Shown: positions 34,603-43,892 of the stretch, one piece after another | Position numbering within the stretch: the stretch's first letter is position 1 | How the letters are laid out: each line of letters opens with the position of its first letter | Assembly: GCA_017463665.1 (NCBI GenBank) | Contig: JAFTOT010000087.1 | Span: 5,871-69,870, forward strand | Origin: Clostridia bacterium | GTDB taxonomy: Bacteria > Bacillota > Clostridia > Oscillospirales > CAG-272 | Length of the DNA: 64,000 nt | Reading direction: 5' to 3' | Made by a program: the position numbers and the translations under genes | The notes under the pieces: generated by a model | The model's database searches: none | What the model saw: only the letters and a program-made list of their open reading frames with translations | What the model was told of the DNA's origin: nothing

Positions 34603-34650
34603 ACAAACGCCCGAACGAAGCGTCGCTTCATTCGGGCGTTTGTTTATGTT
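34603..34650. terminator. Terminator hairpin between convergent operons
   Basis: 13-bp outer stem ACAAACGCCCGAA/TTCGGGCGTTTGT followed by TTATGTTTT. Confidence 0.7.
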
Positions 34651-35916
34651 TTAGAAAATGATGATCAGGAACTGCGAAACGAGGACAACGGCGATCAGTG
34701 CGATCGGGTAGGTTGCAGCGTATGCGGCTGCAACATCCTCCGTGCCGGCAACGTTGATCAGGGTGCCCAGAGCAGGCGTACTGGTCATACCGCCGGTGAT
34801 GGAACCGAGGTTGTTGAGCAGGCTGAGCTTCAGCACATACTTTGCAAACAGGAAACCGAGGATCATCGGAACGACAGTCATGATGACACCGTATACAAAG
34901 TACATGATATCGAAGTTTGCAACGAAGTCTGCGCCGCCGGGGATACCTGCGCCGATGAGGAAGAGCATCAGACCGAGCTCACGGAAGAGCTTGAGGGTAT
35001 GCTCTTTGGGCATTACGCTCAGTTTGCCGATTCTGCTGAAGTGGCCGAGAACCAGCGAAACGAGCAGGCAGCCACCCGTGGTGGTCAGCGAGAAGCAGGT
35101 GCCGTCAAGACCTGCGCCGCTGAGCGGAATTTTGATCTTGCCGACGATCGTGCCGAGAACGGCAGCGATCGCGAATGCACCGAAACCATGTCCATCCAGC
35201 TCAAGCAGTTTGCCGGTGAAGGTCTTTTTCTGCGCGCCGCTTTCAACGGTGGTGAGCTTTGCACGCTCGGTAGCCATATCAGCTTTCATGAGCTTCGGAA
35301 CGAGCTGTACAAAGAGTACAACACCGATAACGCCGAAGATGTACGCGATACCGTGGCCGACCGAAACGAGGCTGGTGTACTCCGCTGCAACGGTTGCTTT
35401 CGCAGCCGAGAATGCGGGGGTAGAGGTCAGCGAGCCGGAGAGCAGACCAACGATCATCGCGGTAAAGCCATCGGAGGTCTCAATGGACGAGCCGTAGCCG
35501 ATCACATGGCCGATACCGATACAACCTGCAGCTGTGAGTCCGCCGGCGAGAATAACAACAAGACCGAGCAGAACATAGGACTTGAAGTTTTTCTTCATGT
35601 TGCCGAAGAACTTCGGACCCGCGATAAAGCCGACCGAGGTCACGAACAGGATGAGACCGAGGCTTTCCACGATCTCGAGCGACTTGTCGGCAAAGCCGAC
35701 AGATTCGCTCGCGCCTTTGATAACAAGCTGTCCTTCGAGAGAGTCAAAGAACAGTGCGCCGAACAAAAGTGCTACGATAAACACGCCTGCATCTCCGAGC
35801 GATACGCCCTTGATGGTGATACGGCCGAGAGCATAGCCGACAGCCGCGATTGCAAAGATACAGAGCATCAGGAAGGAGATTCCGGTAACCGGAATCACGC
35901 CGCCAAATAAATTCAT
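34651..35916 (-). CDS. AAE-family (aspartate:alanine exchanger / SucE-like) transporter, no TrkA-C domains
   Basis: 421 aa, polytopic, with a two-fold internal repeat typical of Asp-Al_Ex permeases (N-terminus MNLFGGVIPVTGISFLMLCIFAIAAVGYALGRITIKGVSLG). 15 nt downstream of the flavoprotein gene. Confidence 0.7.
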   Translation of the reverse strand: MNLFGGVIPVTGISFLMLCIFAIAAVGYALGRITIKGVSLGDAGVFIVALLFGALFFDSLEGQLVIKGASESVGFADKSLEIVESLGLILFVTSVGFIAGPKFFGNMKKNFKSYVLLGLVVILAGGLTAAGCIGIGHVIGYGSSIETSDGFTAMIVGLLSGSLTSTPAFSAAKATVAAEYTSLVSVGHGIAYIFGVIGVVLFVQLVPKLMKADMATERAKLTTVESGAQKKTFTGKLLELDGHGFGAFAIAAVLGTIVGKIKIPLSGAGLDGTCFSLTTTGGCLLVSLVLGHFSRIGKLSVMPKEHTLKLFRELGLMLFLIGAGIPGGADFVANFDIMYFVYGVIMTVVPMILGFLFAKYVLKLSLLNNLGSITGGMTSTPALGTLINVAGTEDVAAAYAATYPIALIAVVLVSQFLIIIF

Positions 35917-35930
35917 GGTCGTTTACTCCT

Positions 35931-37529
35931 TTATTTTCTTCTGGTATAGTCGGGCAGCAGCTTAGGAGAAACGGTGTCGGTTACGATGCCGGCGTCCGCG
36001 ATCTCTTTTTCAAAGCTTGCAACATGGTCAAGCGTCAGTTTGCCAACGGTGACATCCTTGCAAACCTTGGCAGCGTTTTGACCTGCGCTGCGGCCGAATA
36101 CAATGATGTCCAGGAGCGAGTTGCCCATCAGACGGTTTCTGCCGTGGATACCGCCGACAGCTTCACCTGCAACGAACAGGTTCTTGACATTCGTGGTCAT
36201 GCAGTCCGCATCAATGTCAAGACCGCCGTTCTGGTAGTGCAGGGTAGGATATACGAGGATCGGCTCCTTGCGGATGTCGATGCCATACTTCTCAAACATG
36301 CGCATCATTGCGGGGATGCGCTTTTCGATGGTACCCTCGCCGCCGATCTTCTCGATCATAGGCGTATCCAGCCAAACGCCGCAGCCGTCGCCGGTATCTA
36401 CGCCGTTTTCGCGGGTGGTGCACTCACGGATGATGGATGCAGCCGCAACGTCACGGGTCTCCAGCGGGTGCATGAAGACTTCGCCGTTTGCGTTGACGAG
36501 CTTGGCACCGATGGAACGAACCTTCTCGGTAACGAGCGCGCCGAAGATCTGCTCGGGGTATGCAGCGCCCGTGGGATGGTACTGGAGGGTCTCCGCATAG
36601 AGCAGCTTTGCGCCTGCGCGGTAGCCGAGAACCAGACCGTCAGCGGTAGCGCCGTAGTGGTTGGAGGTGGGGAAGCCCTGATAGTGCATACGACCTGCAC
36701 CGCCTGTAGCGATGATAACGGTCTTTGCCTTTGCAACGAGCAGCTCCTTGGTCTCCATGTTCATCAGGACTGCACCGGCAGCGTTGCCGTTTTCGTCGAG
36801 GATCAGTTCGATCGCGGAGGTGAAGTCTACAACGGGGATGTTACGGTTGAGAACCTCATCGCGCAGGGTACGCATGATCTCAGCGCCCGAGTAGTCCTTT
36901 GCAGCGTGCATACGCTTGCGGGAGGTACCGCCGCCGTGGGTGGTGATCATGGTGCCGTTTTCGTCCTTGTCGAACTCAACGCCGAGGTTGCTCAGCCACT
37001 GGATCGCTTCGGGAGCGTCGCAAACCAGCTTGGAAAGCAGCTCGCGCTTTGCAGCGAAGTGTCCGCCGCCGAACGCATCTACAAAGTGGATCGCGGGCGA
37101 GTCGTTGGGCTTGTCAGCTGCCTGAATACCGCCCTCTGCCATCATGGTGTTGGCATCGCCGATACGCAGCTTGGTAACGATCATAACGTTTGCGCCTGCT
37201 TCGTTTGCTTCGATCGCAGCCGAAGCGCCTGCTCCGCCGCCGCCGATGATGAGAACGTCTACATCATAGTCGGGTGCGGTAAGATCGACCGAGTCAGCGG
37301 TGATGCGGCTGTGTGCCTGCAGGGTAGCAGCCAGTTCCTTCGGAACCTTGTCGCCCTTGTTCGGACCGATCTTGAGGGTGTCGAACTCATCCTGCTTATA
37401 GTCGGGATGGTAAGCAGCCAGCAGATCTTCCTTCTGCTGTGCGGTCATGCGCGCGGGCTCATAAGCAATATTCTTATCTCTTGCTGCTTCTACTGCTGCA
37501 AGAGACTTTTGAAACTTTTCAGAATACAT
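35931..37529 (-). CDS. Fumarate reductase/succinate dehydrogenase/L-aspartate oxidase-superfamily flavoprotein (soluble, non-covalent FAD type)
   Basis: FAD fold DVLIIGGGGAGASAAIEA. Dicarboxylate H-R-H-R set present in order (LQYHPTG, TEKVRSIG, LHYQNGG, GRNRLMGNSLL). Asn replaces the covalent-FAD His (DANTMMAEGG). Confidence 0.8.
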   Translation of the reverse strand: MYSEKFQKSLAAVEAARDKNIAYEPARMTAQQKEDLLAAYHPDYKQDEFDTLKIGPNKGDKVPKELAATLQAHSRITADSVDLTAPDYDVDVLIIGGGGAGASAAIEANEAGANVMIVTKLRIGDANTMMAEGGIQAADKPNDSPAIHFVDAFGGGHFAAKRELLSKLVCDAPEAIQWLSNLGVEFDKDENGTMITTHGGGTSRKRMHAAKDYSGAEIMRTLRDEVLNRNIPVVDFTSAIELILDENGNAAGAVLMNMETKELLVAKAKTVIIATGGAGRMHYQGFPTSNHYGATADGLVLGYRAGAKLLYAETLQYHPTGAAYPEQIFGALVTEKVRSIGAKLVNANGEVFMHPLETRDVAAASIIRECTTRENGVDTGDGCGVWLDTPMIEKIGGEGTIEKRIPAMMRMFEKYGIDIRKEPILVYPTLHYQNGGLDIDADCMTTNVKNLFVAGEAVGGIHGRNRLMGNSLLDIIVFGRSAGQNAAKVCKDVTVGKLTLDHVASFEKEIADAGIVTDTVSPKLLPDYTRRK

Positions 37530-37542
37530 TACAGCGTCCTCC

Positions 37543-38217
37543 TTACTTCTCGATCTCGCGGGTGTTGTACAGCTCTTTCATCTCTTCGATCGGCTTCTGC
37601 ATCAGAGCTTCGATCAGTTCGACGAAGGTGCCGTCCTTGATCTCCTGTACGCGATCGTTCAGATGTGCGCACTCGGGAGCGAGGTACTTACCGTTGAGTC
37701 TGCGCGCGAGCATCGCAACCTGGGGATGCGAGATGCCTGCGGGGCAGCGGGAGGAGCATACGCCGCACATGACACAGTCGAAGGATTCCTCAGCGCACTT
37801 CTCAAAGTCGCCGCGCTGTGCATATGCGATGTACTGCATTACGTTCAGACCCTGGGTACAGCTCTTGGTGCAGGCGTTACAGCCGATGCAGGCATAGATC
37901 TCAGGGTAGAGCTGCATCATGATCGCATCGGTGGGCTTGACCTTTTCCATATCGTATACCTGCTTGACCAGCGGGAAGAAGGGGAGAGTGGCAATATACA
38001 TATTGTCCTCGACCTTGGTCTGGCAAGCAAGGCAGGTCTTCAGTTCGCGTTCGCCCTTGATGCGGTAGATGGTAGCGCAGGCGCCGCAGAAGCCGTTACG
38101 GCATCCGCATCCGCGCACCAGCTGGTAACCCGCATATTCCATGGCGCACATAATTGTCAGATTGCTCGGAACTTCATATTTTTTTCCGAACAGAAAAATA
38201 TTTACCATGTTTTCCAT
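37543..38217 (-). CDS. SdhB/FrdB-like iron-sulfur protein ([2Fe-2S] plus two [4Fe-4S] motifs)
   Basis: ATG 38217 follows AGAGGAG. Motifs CRNGFCGAC...C, CIGCNACTKSC and CVMCGVCSSRCP. Confidence 0.75.
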   Translation of the reverse strand: MENMVNIFLFGKKYEVPSNLTIMCAMEYAGYQLVRGCGCRNGFCGACATIYRIKGERELKTCLACQTKVEDNMYIATLPFFPLVKQVYDMEKVKPTDAIMMQLYPEIYACIGCNACTKSCTQGLNVMQYIAYAQRGDFEKCAEESFDCVMCGVCSSRCPAGISHPQVAMLARRLNGKYLAPECAHLNDRVQEIKDGTFVELIEALMQKPIEEMKELYNTREIEK

Positions 38218-38230
38218 GTTGAATCTCCTC

Positions 38231-39064
38231 TTAATACTCATCCGGCAGTTCGTCCAGCTCATCAAAGCGGAAAACGGGTCCGTCTTTGCAGATGTATTTC
38301 GAGCCGACATTGCATCTACCGCACTTGCCGATGCCGCACTTCATGCGCATCTCAAGCGTGGTGTAAATCTGCGTTTTCTCAAATCCGAGTGCATACAGGC
38401 CATCAAGGGTGAACTTGATCATGATCGGAGGTCCGCAGAGGATCGCCGTCTTGTCGGTGTCAAATCCAAGCTCCTTGACGTAGTTCGGGACAAAGCCGAC
38501 ATGACCGTCCCAGCCCTCCTGCTCGCGGTCGATGGTCAGATGTACATGTACGTTATCATCGTTTGCCCACTCGTCGATGATCTCCTTGTAGTCCAGCAGA
38601 TCATCCTTGCTGCGCGAGCCGTATACGATGTCGATCTTGCCGTAACGGTCGCGGTAGTGACGGCAGTAGTTGATAACCGAGCGCAGAGGTGCGAGACCTA
38701 CGCCGCCCGCGATGAACAGCAGGTTTTTGCCCGCAAACTCATCGTCAACGGGGAAGGGATTGCCGTAAGGACCGCGGATGGTGATCTGCTGACCGGGTTC
38801 TGCCTGATGCAGCCATTCGGTTACGCAGCCGCACTTCTTAATGGAGAACTCCATATATTCTTCGTTGGTGGGGGAGGAGGTGATGGAGAACATCGCCTCG
38901 CCGACACCGGGAACGGACAGCATTGCGCACTGACCGGGGCGATGATCAAACGCCTTTTTACCGTCGGGCGTGACCACGCGGAAGGTCTTGATATCGGGGG
39001 TATCCATACGAACATCGGTAATCACACCGATCTTCGGAATCAAGGGTTCTTGATGATTATGCAT
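38231..39064 (-). CDS. FlxA-like FAD/NAD(P)-binding oxidoreductase with C-terminal [2Fe-2S] (AsrB / sulfhydrogenase-gamma / PyrK-like)
   Basis: RPGQCAMLSVPG...FSITSSP (FAD), LLFIAGGVGLAPL (NAD), CGIGKCGRCNVG cluster. Confidence 0.8.
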   Translation of the reverse strand: MHNHQEPLIPKIGVITDVRMDTPDIKTFRVVTPDGKKAFDHRPGQCAMLSVPGVGEAMFSITSSPTNEEYMEFSIKKCGCVTEWLHQAEPGQQITIRGPYGNPFPVDDEFAGKNLLFIAGGVGLAPLRSVINYCRHYRDRYGKIDIVYGSRSKDDLLDYKEIIDEWANDDNVHVHLTIDREQEGWDGHVGFVPNYVKELGFDTDKTAILCGPPIMIKFTLDGLYALGFEKTQIYTTLEMRMKCGIGKCGRCNVGSKYICKDGPVFRFDELDELPDEY

Positions 39065-40085
39065 TTTCTTTTCCTCCGATCGTTTTCATTACTTTTACGA
39101 TATTCATGGAGATGGGACACTTTGCAAGGCAGCGTCCGCAGCCTACACAGCTGAACATACCGTCGTTATTTTCGGGGAAGTACACCAGCTTGTGCATGAA
39201 GCGCTGACGGAAACGCTCGGTCTGCGTCAGACGGGGCTGACCTGCCGACATCTTGGTGAAGTCGGAGTACATGCAGGAGTCCCAGCAGCGGAAGCGGATA
39301 ACGCCCTTACCGGTATTGAAATCCTTGATGTCATAGCACTGACAGGTGGGACATACAAAGGTGCAGGTGCCGCAGCCGAGGCAGGACTCGGAGAGTTCCT
39401 TCCATTCGGGCGCGTCGAAGTACTCCTTGGTCTTGCCCGCGCCGAACGCGTCGGTGTTCAGGTTAGCCAAAGGCAGCTTTTTCATGGTAGCGGCGATCTT
39501 TTCCTTCTGTGCGTCTACCGCCTCGGTCGAGCACTCCTCGGTCAGCGCGTCGAGCTTTGTCAGCAGTGCAGCGCCCTTTTCGGTATTGCTCTGCCAGAAA
39601 ACTTCGGTTTCGGTCTTCCAGATCGAGATATCGCCTGCGGGAGCTGCGGCATCAATGCCGAAGGTCTGGCAGAAGCAGGTCTCGGTCGGTTTTGTGCAGG
39701 CAGCGGCGATGATAATGCCGTGCTCGCGGCGGGAAGCATAGTAGCTGTCGGTGGGCTCCTTCAGGAACACGCGATCCAGCACGTCAAAGCTCTTGACATC
39801 GCATGCGCGAACGCCAAAAACAACGAAGTCCTCGGAAGCGCTGCGGGTGTCGATGATCTCGATGTTCTTGCCCGAGGTCTTGAACTCGACAAGATTTTCG
39901 GTCTGGGGGAAGAAGAAGTCCTTGGGACCTCTTACGGTGTTGAGCGAATTGCTCCAGGTGAGACCGTCTTCCCACTTGGTATACGCGGTCTTGCCGTCCT
40001 TACCGTCCACGGGGAGATACAGAGATGCGGCTTTTGCGATCTCTGCGAACACGAGGTTCATGGAATCCAGAGAACACTTACGCAT
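39057..40085 (-). CDS. FlxB-like Fe-S protein (AsrA / sulfhydrogenase-beta-like)
   Basis: CLGCGTCTFVCPTCQCYD and CVGCGRCLAKCP motifs. 8-nt overlap with the next gene. Confidence 0.75.
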   Translation of the reverse strand: MRKCSLDSMNLVFAEIAKAASLYLPVDGKDGKTAYTKWEDGLTWSNSLNTVRGPKDFFFPQTENLVEFKTSGKNIEIIDTRSASEDFVVFGVRACDVKSFDVLDRVFLKEPTDSYYASRREHGIIIAAACTKPTETCFCQTFGIDAAAPAGDISIWKTETEVFWQSNTEKGAALLTKLDALTEECSTEAVDAQKEKIAATMKKLPLANLNTDAFGAGKTKEYFDAPEWKELSESCLGCGTCTFVCPTCQCYDIKDFNTGKGVIRFRCWDSCMYSDFTKMSAGQPRLTQTERFRQRFMHKLVYFPENNDGMFSCVGCGRCLAKCPISMNIVKVMKTIGGKENA

Positions 40086-41077
40086 TAGTTGTCACCCCTC
40101 TCAAAAACTTCACCGGGCTCAAGGTCATCGGTGGTGTAGTTGACCAGCGGCGCTCTCGAACCGACCTCTGCACCTGCCTGATAGTCGCCGTAGAAGCTGT
40201 CAATATCCTTGATAAACTTACGGTTGAGCAGGTGGAGCGGGATGTGCTGCGGGCAAACGCGGGAGCACTCGCCGCAGTCGGTGCAGCGTCCTGCAACGTG
40301 GAACGCGCGGATGATGTGGAACATCTTTTCCTCAAAGCTGTTTGCGGGGGACTTGTTCTCCACGCTCGAGTTCGGGTTGTCGAACACGCACTTTTCGCAG
40401 GTGCAGGCCGGGCAGATGTCGCGGCAGGCATTGCAGCGGATGCAGCGGGAGAGCTCATTCTGCCAGAAGGCAAAACGCTCATCGGGCGTCATCGCCTCGA
40501 TCTTGGCAACCTCGTCAAAGCGGGCGGAGTCGATCACGTCGCCGTCCTCGCCCATCAGCTCGTCATAGGCAACGTGCTTTTTGCTCTTGCAGTTGACGCA
40601 GCGCTCTGCGAGCACGTCCTTGGCATCGATCATCACGGGAGCATCCTCGTAGATCGTGGTAACCGCCATTTTTTCGCCGCTGCAATCGATCGAGGAGATA
40701 CCGTCGCCGGCAATAGCCTTGACCTTAGCGATGTCCGCCATACCCTCACAGGGGATGCCGACGGCATAGACCTTTTCGCGGTCAAAACGATGCTCGGTCA
40801 GAAGCTGGTTGAAGCTGTATGTATCGCAAGCTTTCAGGAATACGAGGATCTTGCCCTCGCACTTCTTGGTTTTGGATACGAGATATTTCGAGAAGTTGGC
40901 ACCGCAAAAATCGTTCCAGACGAAGTTTGCTTTCAGTTCGTCCTCGGTATCAAAAACGGCGGGGGTGATGTCATAGTCGAACTCACCCTTTTGCCAGCCG
41001 AGAACGCAGGATACCGTACCGTTTGCAAGCAGAGAAGCTGCTTTTTCGATCAATTGATCACGCGTTATCTTTTGCAT
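40085..41077 (-). CDS. FlxC-like Fe-S protein
   Basis: RCIRCNACRDICPACTCEKC and CTDCGECSRVCP motifs. TAATG junction with the downstream gene. Confidence 0.7.
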   Translation of the reverse strand: MQKITRDQLIEKAASLLANGTVSCVLGWQKGEFDYDITPAVFDTEDELKANFVWNDFCGANFSKYLVSKTKKCEGKILVFLKACDTYSFNQLLTEHRFDREKVYAVGIPCEGMADIAKVKAIAGDGISSIDCSGEKMAVTTIYEDAPVMIDAKDVLAERCVNCKSKKHVAYDELMGEDGDVIDSARFDEVAKIEAMTPDERFAFWQNELSRCIRCNACRDICPACTCEKCVFDNPNSSVENKSPANSFEEKMFHIIRAFHVAGRCTDCGECSRVCPQHIPLHLLNRKFIKDIDSFYGDYQAGAEVGSRAPLVNYTTDDLEPGEVFERGDN

Positions 41078-41499
41078 CGCAGATCCTCCAATCTCTTATT
41101 CTCGCCGAGGGCAGCAACCTTTTCGGCGAAGTCGTTCATGGTAGCGGCAAACTTTGCACCCTCTGCAGCCGATACCCACTCTACGCGGGTACGCTCCTTC
41201 TCGATACCGAGGTAATCGAGCATGGAGAACAGCAGCGCCATACGGCGGCGGGTGTAGTAGTTACCGGAGGTGTAGTGGCAGTCACCGGGGTGGCAGCCGC
41301 AAAGGATAACGCCGTCCGCGCCGCGCTGGAATGCGCGCAGCACAAACATGGGGTTAACACGGCAGGAGCAGGGAACGCGGATGATCTTGACATCCGCAGG
41401 GTAGCTCAGGCGGTTGTTGCCGGCAAGGTCAGCGCCCGCATAGGAGCACCAGTTGCAGCAAAACGCCACGATCAAAGGCTTATATTCTTTTACTTGCAT
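41065..41499 (-). CDS. mvhD: MvhD/FlxD-like [2Fe-2S] electron-transfer protein
   Basis: ATG 41499 follows GGAGGTGG. IVAFCCNWCSYAGADLAG...IRVPCSCRV...ILCGCHPGDCHY is typical of MvhD. Confidence 0.85.
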   Translation of the reverse strand: MQVKEYKPLIVAFCCNWCSYAGADLAGNNRLSYPADVKIIRVPCSCRVNPMFVLRAFQRGADGVILCGCHPGDCHYTSGNYYTRRRMALLFSMLDYLGIEKERTRVEWVSAAEGAKFAATMNDFAEKVAALGENKRLEDLRCKR

Positions 41500-43484
41500 A
41501 TTGCGTCCACCTCCGCGATAATCTGACTGTTCGCAAAGCCGCGAAGATCCATTGCACCCGACGGGCAGGCAACGGTGCAGCATCCGCAACCCTGGCAGAC
41601 TGCGGGATTAACGACCGCGATACGGCGAATTGCCGTGGTTCTGTCGGGCATACGGAACTCTTTGTTTTCATAGGTAATTGCGCCGTAAGGACATACGCGC
41701 TCACACGTGGAGCAGCCGTTACACATGAGCTCGTTGGAGCTTGCAACGCAGGGGTTACCGGTCAGCTTGTCTTTTGCAAGCAGTCCGATGACCTTGGATG
41801 CGGCAGCGCCTGCCTGCGAAACGGTCTCGGGGATGTCCTTCGGTCCCTGGCAGGCACCCGAAAGGAATACACCTGCGGTGGGGCTCTCTACAGGGCGGAG
41901 CTTAGGATGCGCTTCAGTGAAGAAGTCGTTGGTATCCATGCTGGCGGTCAGCATCGTAGCGAGCGGGCGAGCCGACTTGTCGGGCTCGATTGCAGCGGCA
42001 AGAACGACCAGATCCGCGTCGATGTGGAGCTGCTTGTTTGCGAGCAGATCGGATGCCTGGACTTTCAGCTTGTCGCCCTCGGGCGTGACCTTGCCGACCA
42101 TGCCCTTGATGTAGTGCACGCCGTATTCCTCAACGGCACGGCGATAGAACTCGTCGAAGTTCTTACCGGGCGTTCTGACGTCGATGTAGAATACATATAC
42201 GTCGGTGTCCGGATACTTGTCTCTGGTGAGCATTGCGTGCTTTGCGGTGTACATGCAGCAGATCTTCGAGCAGTATTCCTTGCCCTTTTCCGCGCATGCG
42301 TCACAACGGGAGCCGACGCACTGTACAAAGACGATGGTGTGGGGGTGCTTTAAGTCGGAGGGACGGAGCAGCTTGCCCGCTGTGGGGCCTGCAGCGTTGG
42401 TCAGACGCTCGAATTCGAGCGAGGTAATCACGTCCTTGGACTGATTGTATGCGAATTCGTCGAACTTGTCCATGCTGATGGGGTTAAAGCCGGTAGCGAC
42501 AACGATCGCGCCGTACTTCTCCTCGATGAACTCGTCCTGCTGCTTGTAGTCGATCGCACCTGCAGCGCAGACCTTGGAACATACGCCGCACTTGCCGTTT
42601 TTCAGCATGTTACAGTAGTTCGGGTCGATGGTTGCGACCTTCGGAACTGCCTGTGCGAAGGGAATGTAGATGGCGCTGCGGTTGTCCATGCCGAGGTTGA
42701 ACTCGTTGGGAACCTTCTTCATCGGACATTTTTCGGTGCAGGCACCGCAACCCGTGCAGATGTCTTCCTTGACATAGCGGGCATGCTTTTTGATGGTGAC
42801 ATCAAAGTTGCCCACAAAGCCCTTGACATCGGTGACTTCGCTGTAGGAGAAGATGCGGATCTTATCGTTCTGTGCGACGTCTACCATCTTAGGCGTGAGG
42901 ATACATGCTGCGCAGTCGAGGGTCGGGAAGGTCTTGTCGAGCTGTGCCATCTTACCGCCGATGGTCGGCTTCTTCTCTACGATATCGACAGGGAAGCCTG
43001 CGTCAGCGATGTCGAGCGCGGTCTGGATGCCGGCGATACCGCCGCCGATGACCAGCGCACGCTTGGTAACAGGGCTCTCACCGGGGGTAAGCGGCGTGTT
43101 GAGGTTGACCTTTGCAACAGCAGCCTTGCCGAGGATGATTGCCTTCTCGGTACCGGTGACCATGTCCTTATGTACCCACGAGCACTGCTCGCGAATGTTG
43201 GCGATTTCCACCATGTAGGGGTTGATGCCTGCGGCTGCCGCGGTCTTGCGGAAGGTCGCCTCGTGCATACGGGGCGAGCAGGAGCAAACAACGATACCCG
43301 TCAGTTTATGCTCGGCAACGGCATCCTTGATCATGTTCTGACCTGCCTGCGAGCACATGTATTGATAGTTGGTGGAAAAGACGACGCCCGGCTCATTTTT
43401 GAGGGCATCGGATACGGCTTGTACGTCTACGGTGCCTGCGATGTTACTGCCGCACCAACATACAAATACACCAATTCTTTGCAT
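41490..43484 (-). CDS. hdrA: Heterodisulfide reductase subunit A-like flavoprotein (FAD plus multiple [4Fe-4S])
   Basis: MQRIGVFVCWCGSNIAG N-terminus, ALVIGGGIAGIQTALD FAD fold, several CX2CX2CX3C motifs. Confidence 0.9.
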   Translation of the reverse strand: MQRIGVFVCWCGSNIAGTVDVQAVSDALKNEPGVVFSTNYQYMCSQAGQNMIKDAVAEHKLTGIVVCSCSPRMHEATFRKTAAAAGINPYMVEIANIREQCSWVHKDMVTGTEKAIILGKAAVAKVNLNTPLTPGESPVTKRALVIGGGIAGIQTALDIADAGFPVDIVEKKPTIGGKMAQLDKTFPTLDCAACILTPKMVDVAQNDKIRIFSYSEVTDVKGFVGNFDVTIKKHARYVKEDICTGCGACTEKCPMKKVPNEFNLGMDNRSAIYIPFAQAVPKVATIDPNYCNMLKNGKCGVCSKVCAAGAIDYKQQDEFIEEKYGAIVVATGFNPISMDKFDEFAYNQSKDVITSLEFERLTNAAGPTAGKLLRPSDLKHPHTIVFVQCVGSRCDACAEKGKEYCSKICCMYTAKHAMLTRDKYPDTDVYVFYIDVRTPGKNFDEFYRRAVEEYGVHYIKGMVGKVTPEGDKLKVQASDLLANKQLHIDADLVVLAAAIEPDKSARPLATMLTASMDTNDFFTEAHPKLRPVESPTAGVFLSGACQGPKDIPETVSQAGAAASKVIGLLAKDKLTGNPCVASSNELMCNGCSTCERVCPYGAITYENKEFRMPDRTTAIRRIAVVNPAVCQGCGCCTVACPSGAMDLRGFANSQIIAEVDAICK

Positions 43485-43499
43485 TTTGTCTTTTCCTCC

Positions 43500-43892
43500 T
43501 TACTTTGCGTATTTTCTGAACGCGCTGACGAGTGCCTGCTGCGGGATGTCGTCATCCAGCATGGCGGGAACGTCGTCTGCCTTCAAGTGGTTTGCGCCCT
43601 GCTTGCGGATCGCCGCCAGACGCACTGCTTCTACCAGCTTTGCGGGTTCAACGCCGCGGGGGCATCTGTCGATGCAGGCAAAGCAGGACAGGCATCTGTA
43701 CAGGGACTTGGAGTTCAGCAGCGGTTCGATATCGCCGCTCTCCACCATGTTGACAAACTGGTGGGGATGATACTCCATCTCGTCATATGCGGGGCAGGTA
43801 GCGGAGCACTTGCCGCAGCGCATACATTTCTTGGGGTTTACGCCGCTTGTGCGCAGCAGTTCTTCTTGGAGATACTGATTCTTGTTATGCAT
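43500..43892 (-). CDS. hdrC: Heterodisulfide reductase subunit C-like
   Basis: CMRCGKCSATCP and CLSCFACIDRCPRG. Confidence 0.85.
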   Translation of the reverse strand: MHNKNQYLQEELLRTSGVNPKKCMRCGKCSATCPAYDEMEYHPHQFVNMVESGDIEPLLNSKSLYRCLSCFACIDRCPRGVEPAKLVEAVRLAAIRKQGANHLKADDVPAMLDDDIPQQALVSAFRKYAK